This document shows, piece after piece, positions 28,054 through 38,054 of a DNA stretch of 64,000 nucleotides. The translations under genes and the position numbers were made by a program. Numbering within the stretch: position 1 is the stretch's first letter; the number at the start of each line of letters is the position of its first letter. The stretch is from contig CAWDXG010000004.1 in assembly GCA_963806225.1 (NCBI GenBank), positions 3,968,001 through 4,032,000 on the forward strand. Direction: 5' to 3'. Source of the stretch: an uncultured delta proteobacterium. GTDB taxonomy: Bacteria > Myxococcota_A > Polyangia > Polyangiales > Polyangiaceae. The notes below the pieces were generated by a model. The model worked only from the letters and a program-made list of their open reading frames with translations. It made no database searches and was not told where the DNA came from.

Positions 28054-28992
28054 ATGCAACTCCCTGTTCCCCCGCCGGACGTCGCGCGCGCTGGGCTTCG
28101 CGGCATCAAGATGGTCGCCGCGGCCGACGGCGTGTTCCAGGACCTGGAACGCGATCTGATGAACGCGGCCCAGAAGCACCTGCTCCAGACCGACTTCGAC
28201 CTCGACGAGCTCGAACCGATCGCGCCCGAAGAGCTCGCCAAGGCCATCCCGCCGGAGTTCGCCGAGCGCGTGCTGGGCGGCGCGATCATCGTGTCGCTGA
28301 TCGACGGCGAAGCGAGCGCTGCGGAGACGGAGCTCCTGCAGGCGTTCGCCAAGGCGATGGGCCTCCCGGGCGATGGCGTGAAGGAAACGCAGCGGCTCGT
28401 CGACCAGCAGATGCTGCGCTTCCGTATGGACGTCCTCAGGCGCTCGTTTTTGGGGCAGCGCATCAAGGACTTCGTGAAGCGCCGCGGGCTCAGCGGCCTC
28501 GTCGCCGTCGCCAAGGGCGTGATGGGTCGCGAGGATCCGGCACTGGCCGCGCGCTACCGCGCGCTCGCGGAAAAGCCCGCCGGCACGCTGGCCCGCGGGT
28601 ACTACGACTTCGTCACCTCGCACGAGTTCTCCTTCCCCGGCGAGAAGGACTCGGCGCCCGAGCCGATCGTGTTCCACGACTGCCTGCACGTGCTCGCGGG
28701 CTACGAGACCACATCGCTGGAAGAGACACTGATTGCCGCCTTCCAGGCCGGCACCATGAAGAAGGATCCGCTCTTCGGTCTGCTCTTCGGGCTCGCGCAG
28801 TTCCAGCTCGGCGTCGCCATCACGCCCGTGACCGCGCCCGAGAAGCTGGTGATGGATCCGGAGCTCCTGCTCGCGGCCTTCGTCCGCGGCACCCACGTCA
28901 CGCGCGACGTGTGCGTCGACTGGCAGCCCTGGGACGACTTCGACCGGCCGATCGAGGAGCTGCGCGATGAGCTCCACATCGCGCCGCGCTGA
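28054..28992 (+). CDS. TerB-like plus Coq4-like protein
   Basis: AAADG..ER, SLIDGE..E; GTLARGY..FHDCLHVLAGY....EE. Confidence 0.65.
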   Translation: MQLPVPPPDVARAGLRGIKMVAAADGVFQDLERDLMNAAQKHLLQTDFDLDELEPIAPEELAKAIPPEFAERVLGGAIIVSLIDGEASAAETELLQAFAKAMGLPGDGVKETQRLVDQQMLRFRMDVLRRSFLGQRIKDFVKRRGLSGLVAVAKGVMGREDPALAARYRALAEKPAGTLARGYYDFVTSHEFSFPGEKDSAPEPIVFHDCLHVLAGYETTSLEETLIAAFQAGTMKKDPLFGLLFGLAQFQLGVAITPVTAPEKLVMDPELLLAAFVRGTHVTRDVCVDWQPWDDFDRPIEELRDELHIAPR

Positions 28993-29031
28993 CGACGGCC
29001 AGGCTGCAGCGCAATGCCCGGCGCGCCGGCC

Positions 29032-29445
29032 TCAACGCGGCCGGACGGTTCCGAGCGACACGCTTTCCTGGAACAGGAGCACGGTCGTCGAGCCTGGCGA
29101 CATGGGCTGCGTGCTGCCCGCCTGCACTCCCGTCGCCTTGGCCGTGACGACGCTGCCCGCGGTGCCCAGGACTGCGAATTGCCCGGTCGGCCCCGTCTCG
29201 GTCATCGTGGAAACCATGTCGGTGCTGAACATCACGTAGGCGAGACACGGAACCGGCTGCGTCCCCGAGGAAACGCACGATGGGACGGCCTGGCCGCCTG
29301 CGGTCGCCGTGACGTGGGCGCTCGCAACGGGCTTTCCCGCGCAGTCCTCGACGGTGCCGATGGCCAATCCCAAGGTGAGGCTGCCGCGGAGCTGGGAGAC
29401 AGAGCCGACGAAGTTGCAGGTCAAGCACGGCGAAGCGTAGCGCAA
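29032..29445 (-). pseudogene. 3' remnant of a secreted beta-sandwich protein
   Basis: GTVEDCAGKPVASAHV..TGPTGQF; no signal peptide. Confidence 0.4.
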
Positions 29446-29454
29446 TGCGCGATG

Positions 29455-29950
29455 CTACCCGGGCAGAGGTCCGAGTAGCTCGATTCTTGAATTTCTTGCC
29501 GAGACGGACCAGGCGGTCGACGTCCGGCGGCGCGGGAGGTGGCAGCTCGTCGCGCGGTGCGACGACGCCGGCCTCGCGCGCGAATTCCACGAAGCCGCCT
29601 GGGTCGCACAGCACTAGCATGCGGATCCCCGTGTCCGTCGCGAGGCCGTGGGCCGCGCCGCGCGGCAGGTGGACGTATCCACCCGGCACGACGGGGATGC
29701 TGCGGTCTTCGAGCACGACGGTGAGCTCGCCCTCGAGCAGGTAGAACGCCTCGTCCTCCTCGAGGTGACGATGGAACGGCGTGCGCGACCCGGCGGGCAG
29801 GCGCACCTCGATCAGACCGAACGGCGATGCGTCGCGCGAGCGTACCTTGACGGTGACGAGATGGTCGGTGAACCACACCTTCTCGCCCTCGCCCGGGCCG
29901 AGGATGACGGGCTCGCGCTTCGATGTTCCGACAGGTTCTGCGTGTTCCAT
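29455..29950 (-). CDS. Cupin domain protein (one-base insertion at ~29486)
   Basis: PFHRHLEEDEAFYLLEG..PRGAAH; removing one A restores KFKIELLGPLPG*. Confidence 0.8.
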
Positions 29951-30019
29951 GGTCGCTCTCCTTCGTGCGGGGACACGCTTGTTGTAGCCGGACCGTTTTC
30001 GAACCGATAGTCTGCGAAA

Positions 30020-30913
30020 ATGCAAATGACTGGTCGGAAAACAGACCGCTTACCGCTCGCATGGGACGACCTGAGAACCGCGCTTTTCCTCGCGCGCGAT
30101 GGCTCGGTGCGCAGCGCAGCGCGTGCGCTCGGCGTCAGCCACTCCACGGTCCTGCGACGCATCGCCGCCCTGGAGCGCGCCGCGGGAGCGCGCCTGTTCG
30201 AGCGCAGCCCGGCAGGCGTCGAGCTGACACCGGCGGGACAGGACGTGTTCGACACGAGCAAGGAGGTGGAGGAGCTCGTGGTCGGACTCGAGCGACGCGT
30301 GACCGGCAGCGACGTGCGCCTCTCAGGCGCGATCCGCGTCACTCTGCCCGATCCGTTCCTGCCGGCGCTGATGCCCGAGCTCGGAGCGTTCGGCTGCGCC
30401 TATCCCGACATCGAGCTCGTGCTGGATGTCGGGACCCGCTACGCGGACCTCGCGCACCGCGAAGCCGATGTGGCGATCCGGATCGCCGCCGAGCCGCCAC
30501 CGGATCTGGTGGGACGCCGCATCGGCCAGGCGTCCGTGGGCGTGTACGGCACGAAAGGCTATCTCACAGGGCGCGACACGAAGAACCTCGGCAAGCTCGA
30601 CTGGATCCACTGGGAGGCCGACTCGAGCATGGTGTTCGAGCGCTGGATGCGCCAGCACGTGCCCGACGCTCGCGTCGCGCTGCGCGTCACCAGCGGCTGG
30701 GCGCTGCGCGACGCGGTCGAGGCGGGCCTCGGTGTCACCGTGATACCGTCGGCGCTCGGCGCGGCGCTGCGCGACGCCAAGCGCGTGCGGGTGGTGCGCG
30801 AGCTCGCCGCGCCGCTCTGGATCCTCACGCACCGCGACCTCCGCACCACGGCGCGCGTGAGGGTGTTCCGCGATTTCATGGCGGAGGCCATCGCGAAGAA
30901 GTCGTGGTTCTAG
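30020..30913 (+). CDS. LysR family transcriptional regulator
   Basis: WDDLR..GSVRSAARALGVSHSTVLRRI..LFER; divergent from the cupin gene. Confidence 0.92.
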   Translation: MQMTGRKTDRLPLAWDDLRTALFLARDGSVRSAARALGVSHSTVLRRIAALERAAGARLFERSPAGVELTPAGQDVFDTSKEVEELVVGLERRVTGSDVRLSGAIRVTLPDPFLPALMPELGAFGCAYPDIELVLDVGTRYADLAHREADVAIRIAAEPPPDLVGRRIGQASVGVYGTKGYLTGRDTKNLGKLDWIHWEADSSMVFERWMRQHVPDARVALRVTSGWALRDAVEAGLGVTVIPSALGAALRDAKRVRVVRELAAPLWILTHRDLRTTARVRVFRDFMAEAIAKKSWF

Positions 30914-31016
30914 CGTTCCGGCGCTGCGCCTCCTGGGGTTGCTACATCGAGCGCGCCGACGCAGGGCGGGGAACGGCAGGGCACCCGGAAACGCTTGCCC
31001 TACCCGCGGCACAGTC

Positions 31017-31032
31017 TGGCGCAACGCTAGCT
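31017..31032 (+). promoter_or_regulatory. Possible sigma-54 promoter
   Basis: TGGCGCAACGCTAGCT fits GG-N10-GC, upstream of a lipoprotein gene. Confidence 0.3.
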
Positions 31033-31091
31033 GTCGAAGGGCGCATTTCGGCGGGGGAGGTGCCGGCATGCTTCATGCTTCGAGCGAGCGC

Positions 31092-31886
31092 ATGCGATGC
31101 GTGGCTTGTGTGGGTTGGCTTGCGGCATGCGTGCTGGCTGCGGGGTGCGGCGGCGTGTCCGTCTCAAGCAACGGCGCCGGAACAGGCGGAAGCGGCGGCG
31201 CGAGCGGAAGCGGCGGCGTCGGCGGAAGCGGCGGCGTCGGCGGTAGCGGCGGCGTCGGCGGCAGTGGTGGCGCAGGCGGTAGCGGCGGCGTCGGCGGCAG
31301 TGGTGGCGCAGGCGGCGCAACGGCCTACTGCCCGGACTACTCGCTACCCCCGAAGAACTCCCAGCTATGCCGCTCGCAATCCGAGTGCCAGGTTGGCCAG
31401 GAGTGCATCGCACCGGGCGAGAGCTTCCCGAACTGCGGCGCCTGCTTGATGCCGAACCGCGACTGCGAGACGAGCACCGACTGCACGAAGGGCAACGTCT
31501 GCGTCGAGTACGACACGCCGTGCTCGTGCACTGGCGAGCTGTCGAGCAAGTGCGTCGCTCCGTGCAGCAACACCTCGTGCAGCGCGGACCAGCGCTGCAA
31601 CAACAGCACCGGGCTGTGCGAGCCGGCACCGTGCAGCACCGGCTACGCGTGCCCGACCGACTGGCGTTGCGCGGCGGGCAACGTCTCCACCGACGCGCAC
31701 GGTTGCGAGCCGATCCCCTGCGACCAGGGGTACATGTGCCCCGAGAACACGCGCTGCAAACCCGGCACGGGCAACCACGGCTGCAGCCGGCTGTCGTGCC
31801 AGCACGATACGGAGTGCGACTGCGGCGCGTGCGTCAAGGGCTACTGCGCCGCAGGCCCGGGCACCTGCGAGTACCTGGCGGGATAG
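31092..31886 (+). CDS. Cys-rich lipoprotein with Gly/Ser linker
   Basis: Lipobox AAGC, GGSGGV repeats, Cys-rich C-terminus. Confidence 0.75.
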   Translation: MRCVACVGWLAACVLAAGCGGVSVSSNGAGTGGSGGASGSGGVGGSGGVGGSGGVGGSGGAGGSGGVGGSGGAGGATAYCPDYSLPPKNSQLCRSQSECQVGQECIAPGESFPNCGACLMPNRDCETSTDCTKGNVCVEYDTPCSCTGELSSKCVAPCSNTSCSADQRCNNSTGLCEPAPCSTGYACPTDWRCAAGNVSTDAHGCEPIPCDQGYMCPENTRCKPGTGNHGCSRLSCQHDTECDCGACVKGYCAAGPGTCEYLAG

Positions 31887-31960
31887 CGTCGGCAGGCGGC
31901 GCGAGGCCTCGCGTCGTGCGGGGAGCGGCGGCGCGCAGCGAGCGCGGCTCGAATAGTGGT

Positions 31961-33874
31961 ATGCCGCACCGCGTGAAACTTTCGCGCGACGCCGACCCGG
32001 GCCATGACGACTACCTCCGCGCGCGGCCCTTGCGCTACCGCGGCTTCAAGCGCACTTCGCGGTACCTCGAGATGCGCGACGGAGTGCGCATCGCGGTGGA
32101 CATCTGCCTGCCGCGGGGGCTCGCGGCGGGCGAGCGCGTGCCGGCGATGATCCGGCAGACCCGCTACTTCCGCCGCTTCCGGCTGCAGCCGGCGCTCAAG
32201 CCGCTGCTCGGCCAAGAGACGCTCGACCCGATGAACGCCTCGATGCGGCGGCTGTTCACCTCGCGGGGCTACGCCTGGATTGACGTGGACGCGCGCGGCT
32301 CGGGGGCGTCGTTCGGCGAGCGGCCGTGTCCCTGGTGGCTGGACGGGGAAGTGGCCGACGGCGCGGAGATCGCCGAGTTCGTGACGAAGCAGCCCTGGTC
32401 CAACGGGCGCGTGGGCTCGACGGGCGTCTCCTACGACGGGACGACCGCCGAGTTCCTGGCGATCACGGCGCACCCGGCGGTGCGTGCGGTCGCGCCGCGC
32501 TTCTCGCTCTTCGACGCCTACGCCGACGTGGCGTTCCCAGGCGGGCTGCACAACTCGTACTTCACGCAGGCCTGGGAGAGCGCGAACGCGGCGCTCGATC
32601 GCAACGCGCCCGGCGAGATGGTCGCGCTCATCTACATGCTGCAGACCCACGGCATGCTCGACCCGCGGCTGGCCCGCCGCCTCGACCGGCCGGCGATCTC
32701 CGGGCTCCTGTCCCGTATTGCGAACTTTGGCCTGGCCGGCGTCGCGCCCGTCGACGGCGACCGTGGGGCGCGCCTGCTCGTGGAGGCGCTGGCGTCGCAC
32801 TCGAACAACTTCAACGTCCACGAAGGCGCGCTCGAAACCACGTTCCGCGACGACTCGCCGCCGAGCGCGCCCCTGGCGGGCCACACCGTCGACAACTTCA
32901 GCCCGCACAGCTACGTCGACCGGCTGAAGGACGTCGCGGTGCTGTCCTACGGAGGCTGGTTCGACGGCGGCTACGCGGGCTCCGCGCTTGCCCGCCACGC
33001 CGCGCTCACGGCCCGCGGCATCGACAGCCGGCTGCTCATCGGGCCCTGGATCCACGGCGGGCAGCTCGACATGGACCCAGACGCCCCAGGCCGGCACGCC
33101 GCGTTCGACCACGCCGCCGAGCTCTTGCGCTTCTTCGATGGCGAGCTCTGGCCCGAGCAGGCGCCCGGGCGCGAGCAGCCGCGCGTGAGGTGGTTCGAGA
33201 TGGGCGCGGGCTCCTGGCGCGAGAGCCCGAGCTGGCCACCTCCGGGCACGCGCGCCGAGAGCTTCCACCTTGCACCCGGGCGCCGGCTGGCGCGGGAGCC
33301 CGCCGGGGCCGACGCGACGGACGCAGCCGAGATGGACCTGTCCGTCGGCTCCGGCAAGCGCACGCGCTGGCGCACGCTGCTCTGCCCGTACCTGCACGCG
33401 GACGGCAAGGGTCGCTCCGATCACGGCTACCTGGTCTACGAGAGCGCGCCGCTGGAGCTGGACCTCGTGATCGCGGGCCATCCCCTGCTCGTCCTGTCGC
33501 TCCGTTCAAGCGCGAGCGACGGCGCCATCGTGGCCTACCTGGGGGACGTGACCGCCGGCGGCGAAGCGCGGCTCGTCAGCGAGGGCGCGCTTCGCATGCT
33601 CCACGGCACGCGTCTGGTGGACGGCGCCGACGCGCTGCCGCGGCGCGAAGCGAGCTTCCTGCGCAAGGACGCGCGCGGGCTTCTGCCGGGGCAAACCGCG
33701 AGCCACGTCGTCGAGCTCGTTCCCACTGGAATGCGCCTCCGTGCCGGGCATCGCCTGCGGCTGTCGCTCGGCGCCGCCGACGTGGATCACTTCACCACAC
33801 CGCCGGCGCCAGACGGCGTGCGCTGGGAGATCGACTTGAGCGCGTCGCGGCTGATCCTGCCCGTTGCGGGATAG
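31961..33874 (+). CDS. CocE/NonD family hydrolase
   Basis: MRDGVRIAVD, DARGSGAS, WSNGRVG.TGVSYDG, GGWFD, IGPWIH. Confidence 0.9.
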   Translation: MPHRVKLSRDADPGHDDYLRARPLRYRGFKRTSRYLEMRDGVRIAVDICLPRGLAAGERVPAMIRQTRYFRRFRLQPALKPLLGQETLDPMNASMRRLFTSRGYAWIDVDARGSGASFGERPCPWWLDGEVADGAEIAEFVTKQPWSNGRVGSTGVSYDGTTAEFLAITAHPAVRAVAPRFSLFDAYADVAFPGGLHNSYFTQAWESANAALDRNAPGEMVALIYMLQTHGMLDPRLARRLDRPAISGLLSRIANFGLAGVAPVDGDRGARLLVEALASHSNNFNVHEGALETTFRDDSPPSAPLAGHTVDNFSPHSYVDRLKDVAVLSYGGWFDGGYAGSALARHAALTARGIDSRLLIGPWIHGGQLDMDPDAPGRHAAFDHAAELLRFFDGELWPEQAPGREQPRVRWFEMGAGSWRESPSWPPPGTRAESFHLAPGRRLAREPAGADATDAAEMDLSVGSGKRTRWRTLLCPYLHADGKGRSDHGYLVYESAPLELDLVIAGHPLLVLSLRSSASDGAIVAYLGDVTAGGEARLVSEGALRMLHGTRLVDGADALPRREASFLRKDARGLLPGQTASHVVELVPTGMRLRAGHRLRLSLGAADVDHFTTPPAPDGVRWEIDLSASRLILPVAG

Positions 33875-33904
33875 CCGCGCGGCGGCGGCAGGAATGCAGC
33901 TCGC

Positions 33905-34903
33905 CTACCCGCAGTAGTAGTGCTTTACGGAATTGCCGTTGATGTCGGTCCCCCAGAAGTACTTGCAGCTCTGGGTCTGGTCGCAGCACTCGGTGTGCTT
34001 GCCCGAGTCGTACGTGTCGTCGACGGTGCAGGTGTCGTAGGCGCACGAATTTGTGCTGCACTTGCCGGAATCACAGGCGTAGTTGCCGCTGCAGACGTGT
34101 TTGCAGCTGCCGCAATTCAGGTTGTCCGACTGGAGGTCGACGCACGTGTCGGTGCACAGTGTCTTGCCGGCGGCGCAGCTCGTCTTGCATTGGCCGGACT
34201 GGCAGCTGTACGGGCTTCCGCCGGAAGGCGGCGTGAGCGTCGAGCAGTCGTTGCCGCACTTGCCGCAGTTGTAGTTGTCGGTGGCAAGCGAGACGCACTC
34301 GGAACCGCATTGGGTCTTGCCGGACGAGCAGCTGCCCTGGCACCCGCCTCCGACGCAGCTCGCGCTGCCGCCGTAGGGCGAGTCACAGTAGTGGTCGCAC
34401 GATCCGCAGTTGTTCGGGTCGGTCGACGTGTCCACGCACGAGCCGCCGCAGATGGTCTCCTTCGCGGCAATGCAGGCCTGCTCGCACTGTCCCGCCTGGC
34501 ACACCCCTTTCGCCCCGCTCACGGAGACGGGGCACTTGTAGCCGCAGCTGCCGCAGTTGTTGGGGTCGTTCATCAGATCCATGCACCCCTTCGGGCACAC
34601 GGTGCATGGGCCGCCGCCCGAGCCACCGCTGGACGTACCGCCGCTTGCACCTGAGCCGCCGGTCGCACCGGAGCCGCCGGTCGCGGAGCCGCCGGTCGCG
34701 CCGGAGCCGCCCGTTGCACCGGAGCCGCCCGAGCCGGAGCCGCACGCCGTGGAGCAATCGGCAAACGAGCCGCCGCCGCACACGCAGCGGTCCATGCAGG
34801 TCTGGGGCGTCGCGCAGTTCGTACCGGAGCCGCGCGAGCCTCCCCCGCAGCCGGGGAGAGCAAACCAGGCCAGAACGGCCAGAACTTGAAGGATTCGTTT
34901 CAT
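33905..34903 (-). CDS. Cys-rich lipoprotein, paralog of 25203..26264
   Basis: MKRILQVLA..LPGC, GGGPCTVCPKGC..ND.NNCGSCGY.CP. Confidence 0.8.
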   Translation of the reverse strand: MKRILQVLAVLAWFALPGCGGGSRGSGTNCATPQTCMDRCVCGGGSFADCSTACGSGSGGSGATGGSGATGGSATGGSGATGGSGASGGTSSGGSGGGPCTVCPKGCMDLMNDPNNCGSCGYKCPVSVSGAKGVCQAGQCEQACIAAKETICGGSCVDTSTDPNNCGSCDHYCDSPYGGSASCVGGGCQGSCSSGKTQCGSECVSLATDNYNCGKCGNDCSTLTPPSGGSPYSCQSGQCKTSCAAGKTLCTDTCVDLQSDNLNCGSCKHVCSGNYACDSGKCSTNSCAYDTCTVDDTYDSGKHTECCDQTQSCKYFWGTDINGNSVKHYYCG

Positions 34904-34962
34904 GCTGTCCACCATCCAGGGGCGGGAGCCGACGGGCTCGTTCCCGCGCAGGTCGGGTTGAT

Positions 34963-36402
34963 TCATTTCAAGGGCCGGTACACGTCCCAGTGCGATTGCC
35001 CCACGCTCGAGTCGCAGGCGTCGGACGTGACGACCAGGTCCGGGCCACACGCGCTCGCCAGGTCAGCCGTGAAGTAGACGAGGTCGCCGTAGCTGTTCGC
35101 GCTGTGGTCGAACGCGCTGTTGCAGCGCGCCGCGGGGATCGCGAACGGAATCGGCTTCGAAGCGAATCCCGACGGCGAGCCCGGATACACGTCCCAGTGC
35201 GTCGTGCCGACGCTGGTGTCGCAATCATCGCGGAAGACCACGAGATCGGGCTGTCCGCTCGACGCGAGATCGACAACGGCGTAGCCCAGGGCACCCGTCT
35301 CGCTCGCCAGGGCATCGAACGCCGCACCGCAGCGCGCTGCCGGAAGCGCAAAGGAGTGGGGCGCCGCCGAGAACCCGGACGCCGACCACGGGTACACGTC
35401 CCAGTGTGTGGCGCCGACGCTGGCGTCGCACGCGTCCCGCGTCACGACGAGATCGGCTTTGGAGCTCAGGGCGGACAGCGCATAGCTGACGCTGCCGGTG
35501 TGGGCCGTGGCGTCGAACTTCACGTTGCAGCGCGCTGCCGGAAGCGCAAAGGACCCGGGCTTGGCCGAGAACCCGGACGCCGACCCGCGGTAGACGTCCC
35601 AGTGCGTCGTGCCGACGCTGGCGTCGCACGTGTCCCGCGTCACGACTAGATCCGGTTGGTCCGAGACCAGAGCGAGGGCCGCGTAGCTGGTGCCGCCGCT
35701 GCTCGATGCCGTAGCGTCGAAGGGCGCATTGCAGCGCGCAGCCGGAACGCTGTAGGCGACGGGAGTCGGGGCGAATCCCGTCGCAGACCACGGGTACACG
35801 TCCCAGTGCGACTGCCCTACGGCCGGGTCGCAACTGTCGCGTGTGACGACGAGATCCGGGCGCGCCGGCGAGACGAGCCCGAGCGTCTGGTACGACACGT
35901 TCCCCGTGTAGCGTGCGGCAGCCTCGAACGGCTCGTTGCAGCGCGCAGCGGGCAGCGCGAACGAAGCCGGCTTGGCGGCAAATCCGCTCTCCGACGCGGG
36001 GTAGACGTCCCAACGCGACTCGCCCACGTCGGTGTCGCACGCGTCGTGGAACACGACCAGGTCCTGGCGATCGCCGGAGGCGAGGTCGAGCATTCCGTAG
36101 GAGAGGGAACTCGACGAACTCGCGGCCCCGCTGAACTGCACGCCGCAGCGCGGCGCCGGCAAAGCGAAGGCGGTCGGCGTCGCGGAGAGGCCGGACGGCA
36201 GCGTGCACGACGGCGCGCTTCCGCCGCTTGCACCCGAGCCTCCGGTTCCGCCGGGTCCTCCCCCGGTACCGCTGGATCCGCCCGCGCCGACGCCCCCCGC
36301 GCCGCCCTGGCCGGGCAGCATGCCCCTGCCGCCGGCGCCGGAGCATGCGGACGCCGCCAGGCACAGACCCGCGACAGTGAACCATTTCAATCGATTCGAC
36401 AC
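34963..36402 (-). CDS. Lipoprotein with six ~59-aa FG-GAP-like repeats
   Basis: Lipobox ASAC; FALPAARC..DLVV.RD.CD..VG..HWDVY x6. Confidence 0.8.
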   Translation of the reverse strand: MSNRLKWFTVAGLCLAASACSGAGGRGMLPGQGGAGGVGAGGSSGTGGGPGGTGGSGASGGSAPSCTLPSGLSATPTAFALPAPRCGVQFSGAASSSSSLSYGMLDLASGDRQDLVVFHDACDTDVGESRWDVYPASESGFAAKPASFALPAARCNEPFEAAARYTGNVSYQTLGLVSPARPDLVVTRDSCDPAVGQSHWDVYPWSATGFAPTPVAYSVPAARCNAPFDATASSSGGTSYAALALVSDQPDLVVTRDTCDASVGTTHWDVYRGSASGFSAKPGSFALPAARCNVKFDATAHTGSVSYALSALSSKADLVVTRDACDASVGATHWDVYPWSASGFSAAPHSFALPAARCGAAFDALASETGALGYAVVDLASSGQPDLVVFRDDCDTSVGTTHWDVYPGSPSGFASKPIPFAIPAARCNSAFDHSANSYGDLVYFTADLASACGPDLVVTSDACDSSVGQSHWDVYRPLK

Positions 36403-36591
36403 TTTGCTCGCCCTCTCGCGCCGCCGGGTCCCCGGGAACGCCGGGGTCAGCCCTAGTACGGCGCGACGAGCGAGGTCTTCCCTGGGCGAGTGTTGGGCGG
36501 GCCCGGTTTTCCGGCGAAGCGGCCCCCGCGATGCGTGGGCGGGCGAGCTTCACCCGGCGGCGCCCCGGGGTCGTGGAGCTATCATCCGCCC

Positions 36592-36765
36592 ATGCCTAGC
36601 TTGCGCTGGAACCCCGAAGCAGAAAAGCGCCTCAAGAAGGTCCCGTTCTTCATCCGGCCGTTCGTGAAGCGGCGCGCGGAAGCCGTGGCGCGCGAGCGGG
36701 GACTCGCGGAGGTCACGTCGACGCTGCTCGACGAGATCAAGGACCGCGAGCACAAGGGCGGCTGA
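36592..36765 (+). CDS. Stand-alone PCP_red (BchB C-terminal-like) domain protein
   Basis: W..EAE.RLKKVPFFIR..V...AE..ARE.G...VT. Confidence 0.75.
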   Translation: MPSLRWNPEAEKRLKKVPFFIRPFVKRRAEAVARERGLAEVTSTLLDEIKDREHKGG

Positions 36766-36809
36766 GCGCCCTACCCGCTGCCCGGCGCCCGCGACGCCGC
36801 CCGGCGGCC

Positions 36810-37811
36810 TCAGCTGTGACCGGCGATGGGGTGCGGCACGTAGGGCGCTTCGAGCGCGGCGATCTCGTCGGCGGACAGCTGGATGTCGACCGCACCGGCC
36901 GCATCGTCGAGGTGCTTCAACCGGGTCGCTCCGATGATCGGCGCCACGACACCCTGCTTGTGCAGGAGCCAAGCCAGGGAAACCTGTGCGTGCGGAATGT
37001 CGCGAGCGCGCGCCAGCTGGTCGACGGCGGCGACGATGGCCGCGTCCGGCTCGGGCATCGCTGCGTAGAGCCGCTTCGCGAACGCGTCCGTCTCCGCGCG
37101 CCGGGTCGGCTCCGTCTGCGGCGGACGCGCGAGGTTGCCGCGCGCGAGCGGGCTCCACGGAATGAGACCGACGCCCTGGTCGAGGCACAGCGGGTTCATC
37201 TCGCGCTCCTCTTCCCGGTACAAGAGGTTCAGGTGGTTCTGCATGGACACAAACTTCGTCCAGCCGTTCTGTTCGGCCACGTGCTGCGCCTTGGCGAACT
37301 GCCAGGCGTACATGGAAGAAGCTCCGAGGTAGCGCGCTTTGCCAGCGCGCACCACGTCGTGCAGCGCCTGCATGGTCTCCTCGATCGGCGTCGAATCGTC
37401 CCAGCGGTGGATCTGGTAGAGGTCGACGTAGTCGGTGCCGAGGCGCTTCAGGCTCGCGTCGATCTCGTGGAGAATCGCTTTGCGCGAGAGGCCCGCGCCG
37501 TTCGGCCCGAGGCGCATGCGACCGTGGACCTTGGTAGCGATCACCACCTCGTCCCGGCGGGCCAGGTCGCCGAGCGCCCGGCCGGTGATCTCCTCGCTCG
37601 CGCCGAACGAGTAGACGTTGGCCGTGTCGAAGAAATTGATGCCGAGCTCGAGCGCACGCTTGAAGAACTGGCGGGACTCGTCCTCGCGGAGCGCCCACTG
37701 CCAGCGCATCGGCGAACCGTCGACGCTGGCGTCCGGGTCGCCGTAGCTCATACAGCCCAGGCAGATGCGCGAGACGTCGAGGCCGGTCGCGCCAAGTCGA
37801 GTGTACTTCAT
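36810..37811 (-). CDS. Aldo/keto reductase
   Basis: GINFFDTANVY, IATK, SLKRLGTDYVDLYQIHR, PWSPLARG. Confidence 0.95.
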   Translation of the reverse strand: MKYTRLGATGLDVSRICLGCMSYGDPDASVDGSPMRWQWALREDESRQFFKRALELGINFFDTANVYSFGASEEITGRALGDLARRDEVVIATKVHGRMRLGPNGAGLSRKAILHEIDASLKRLGTDYVDLYQIHRWDDSTPIEETMQALHDVVRAGKARYLGASSMYAWQFAKAQHVAEQNGWTKFVSMQNHLNLLYREEEREMNPLCLDQGVGLIPWSPLARGNLARPPQTEPTRRAETDAFAKRLYAAMPEPDAAIVAAVDQLARARDIPHAQVSLAWLLHKQGVVAPIIGATRLKHLDDAAGAVDIQLSADEIAALEAPYVPHPIAGHS

Positions 37812-38054
37812 GGGTCACCTCATCGGTTCGAAGGGCGTGGCGCGCCGGGGCGCGTCCGCGTGGACGCGAGAACGTGGTGCTCTGGCGCGGCGCACGCAAG
37901 GGCGCCGCGCGTGGCGCTCCCCCGGCATCCAGCCTCGACTTGCGGGACCTGGACATGGGCGCAGCGCGCCGGTTTTCGCGCCCATGCACGAGGCATCCGT
38001 AGACTTCCGGGCCTGCCCGTTTTCCGCCGTATCTGGTATATCCGAGAGTCGGAA

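Noticed and set aside
36592..36765. PCP_red domain as a sign of photosynthesis genes
   Set aside because: Stand-alone small domain; no bch/chl genes in the window
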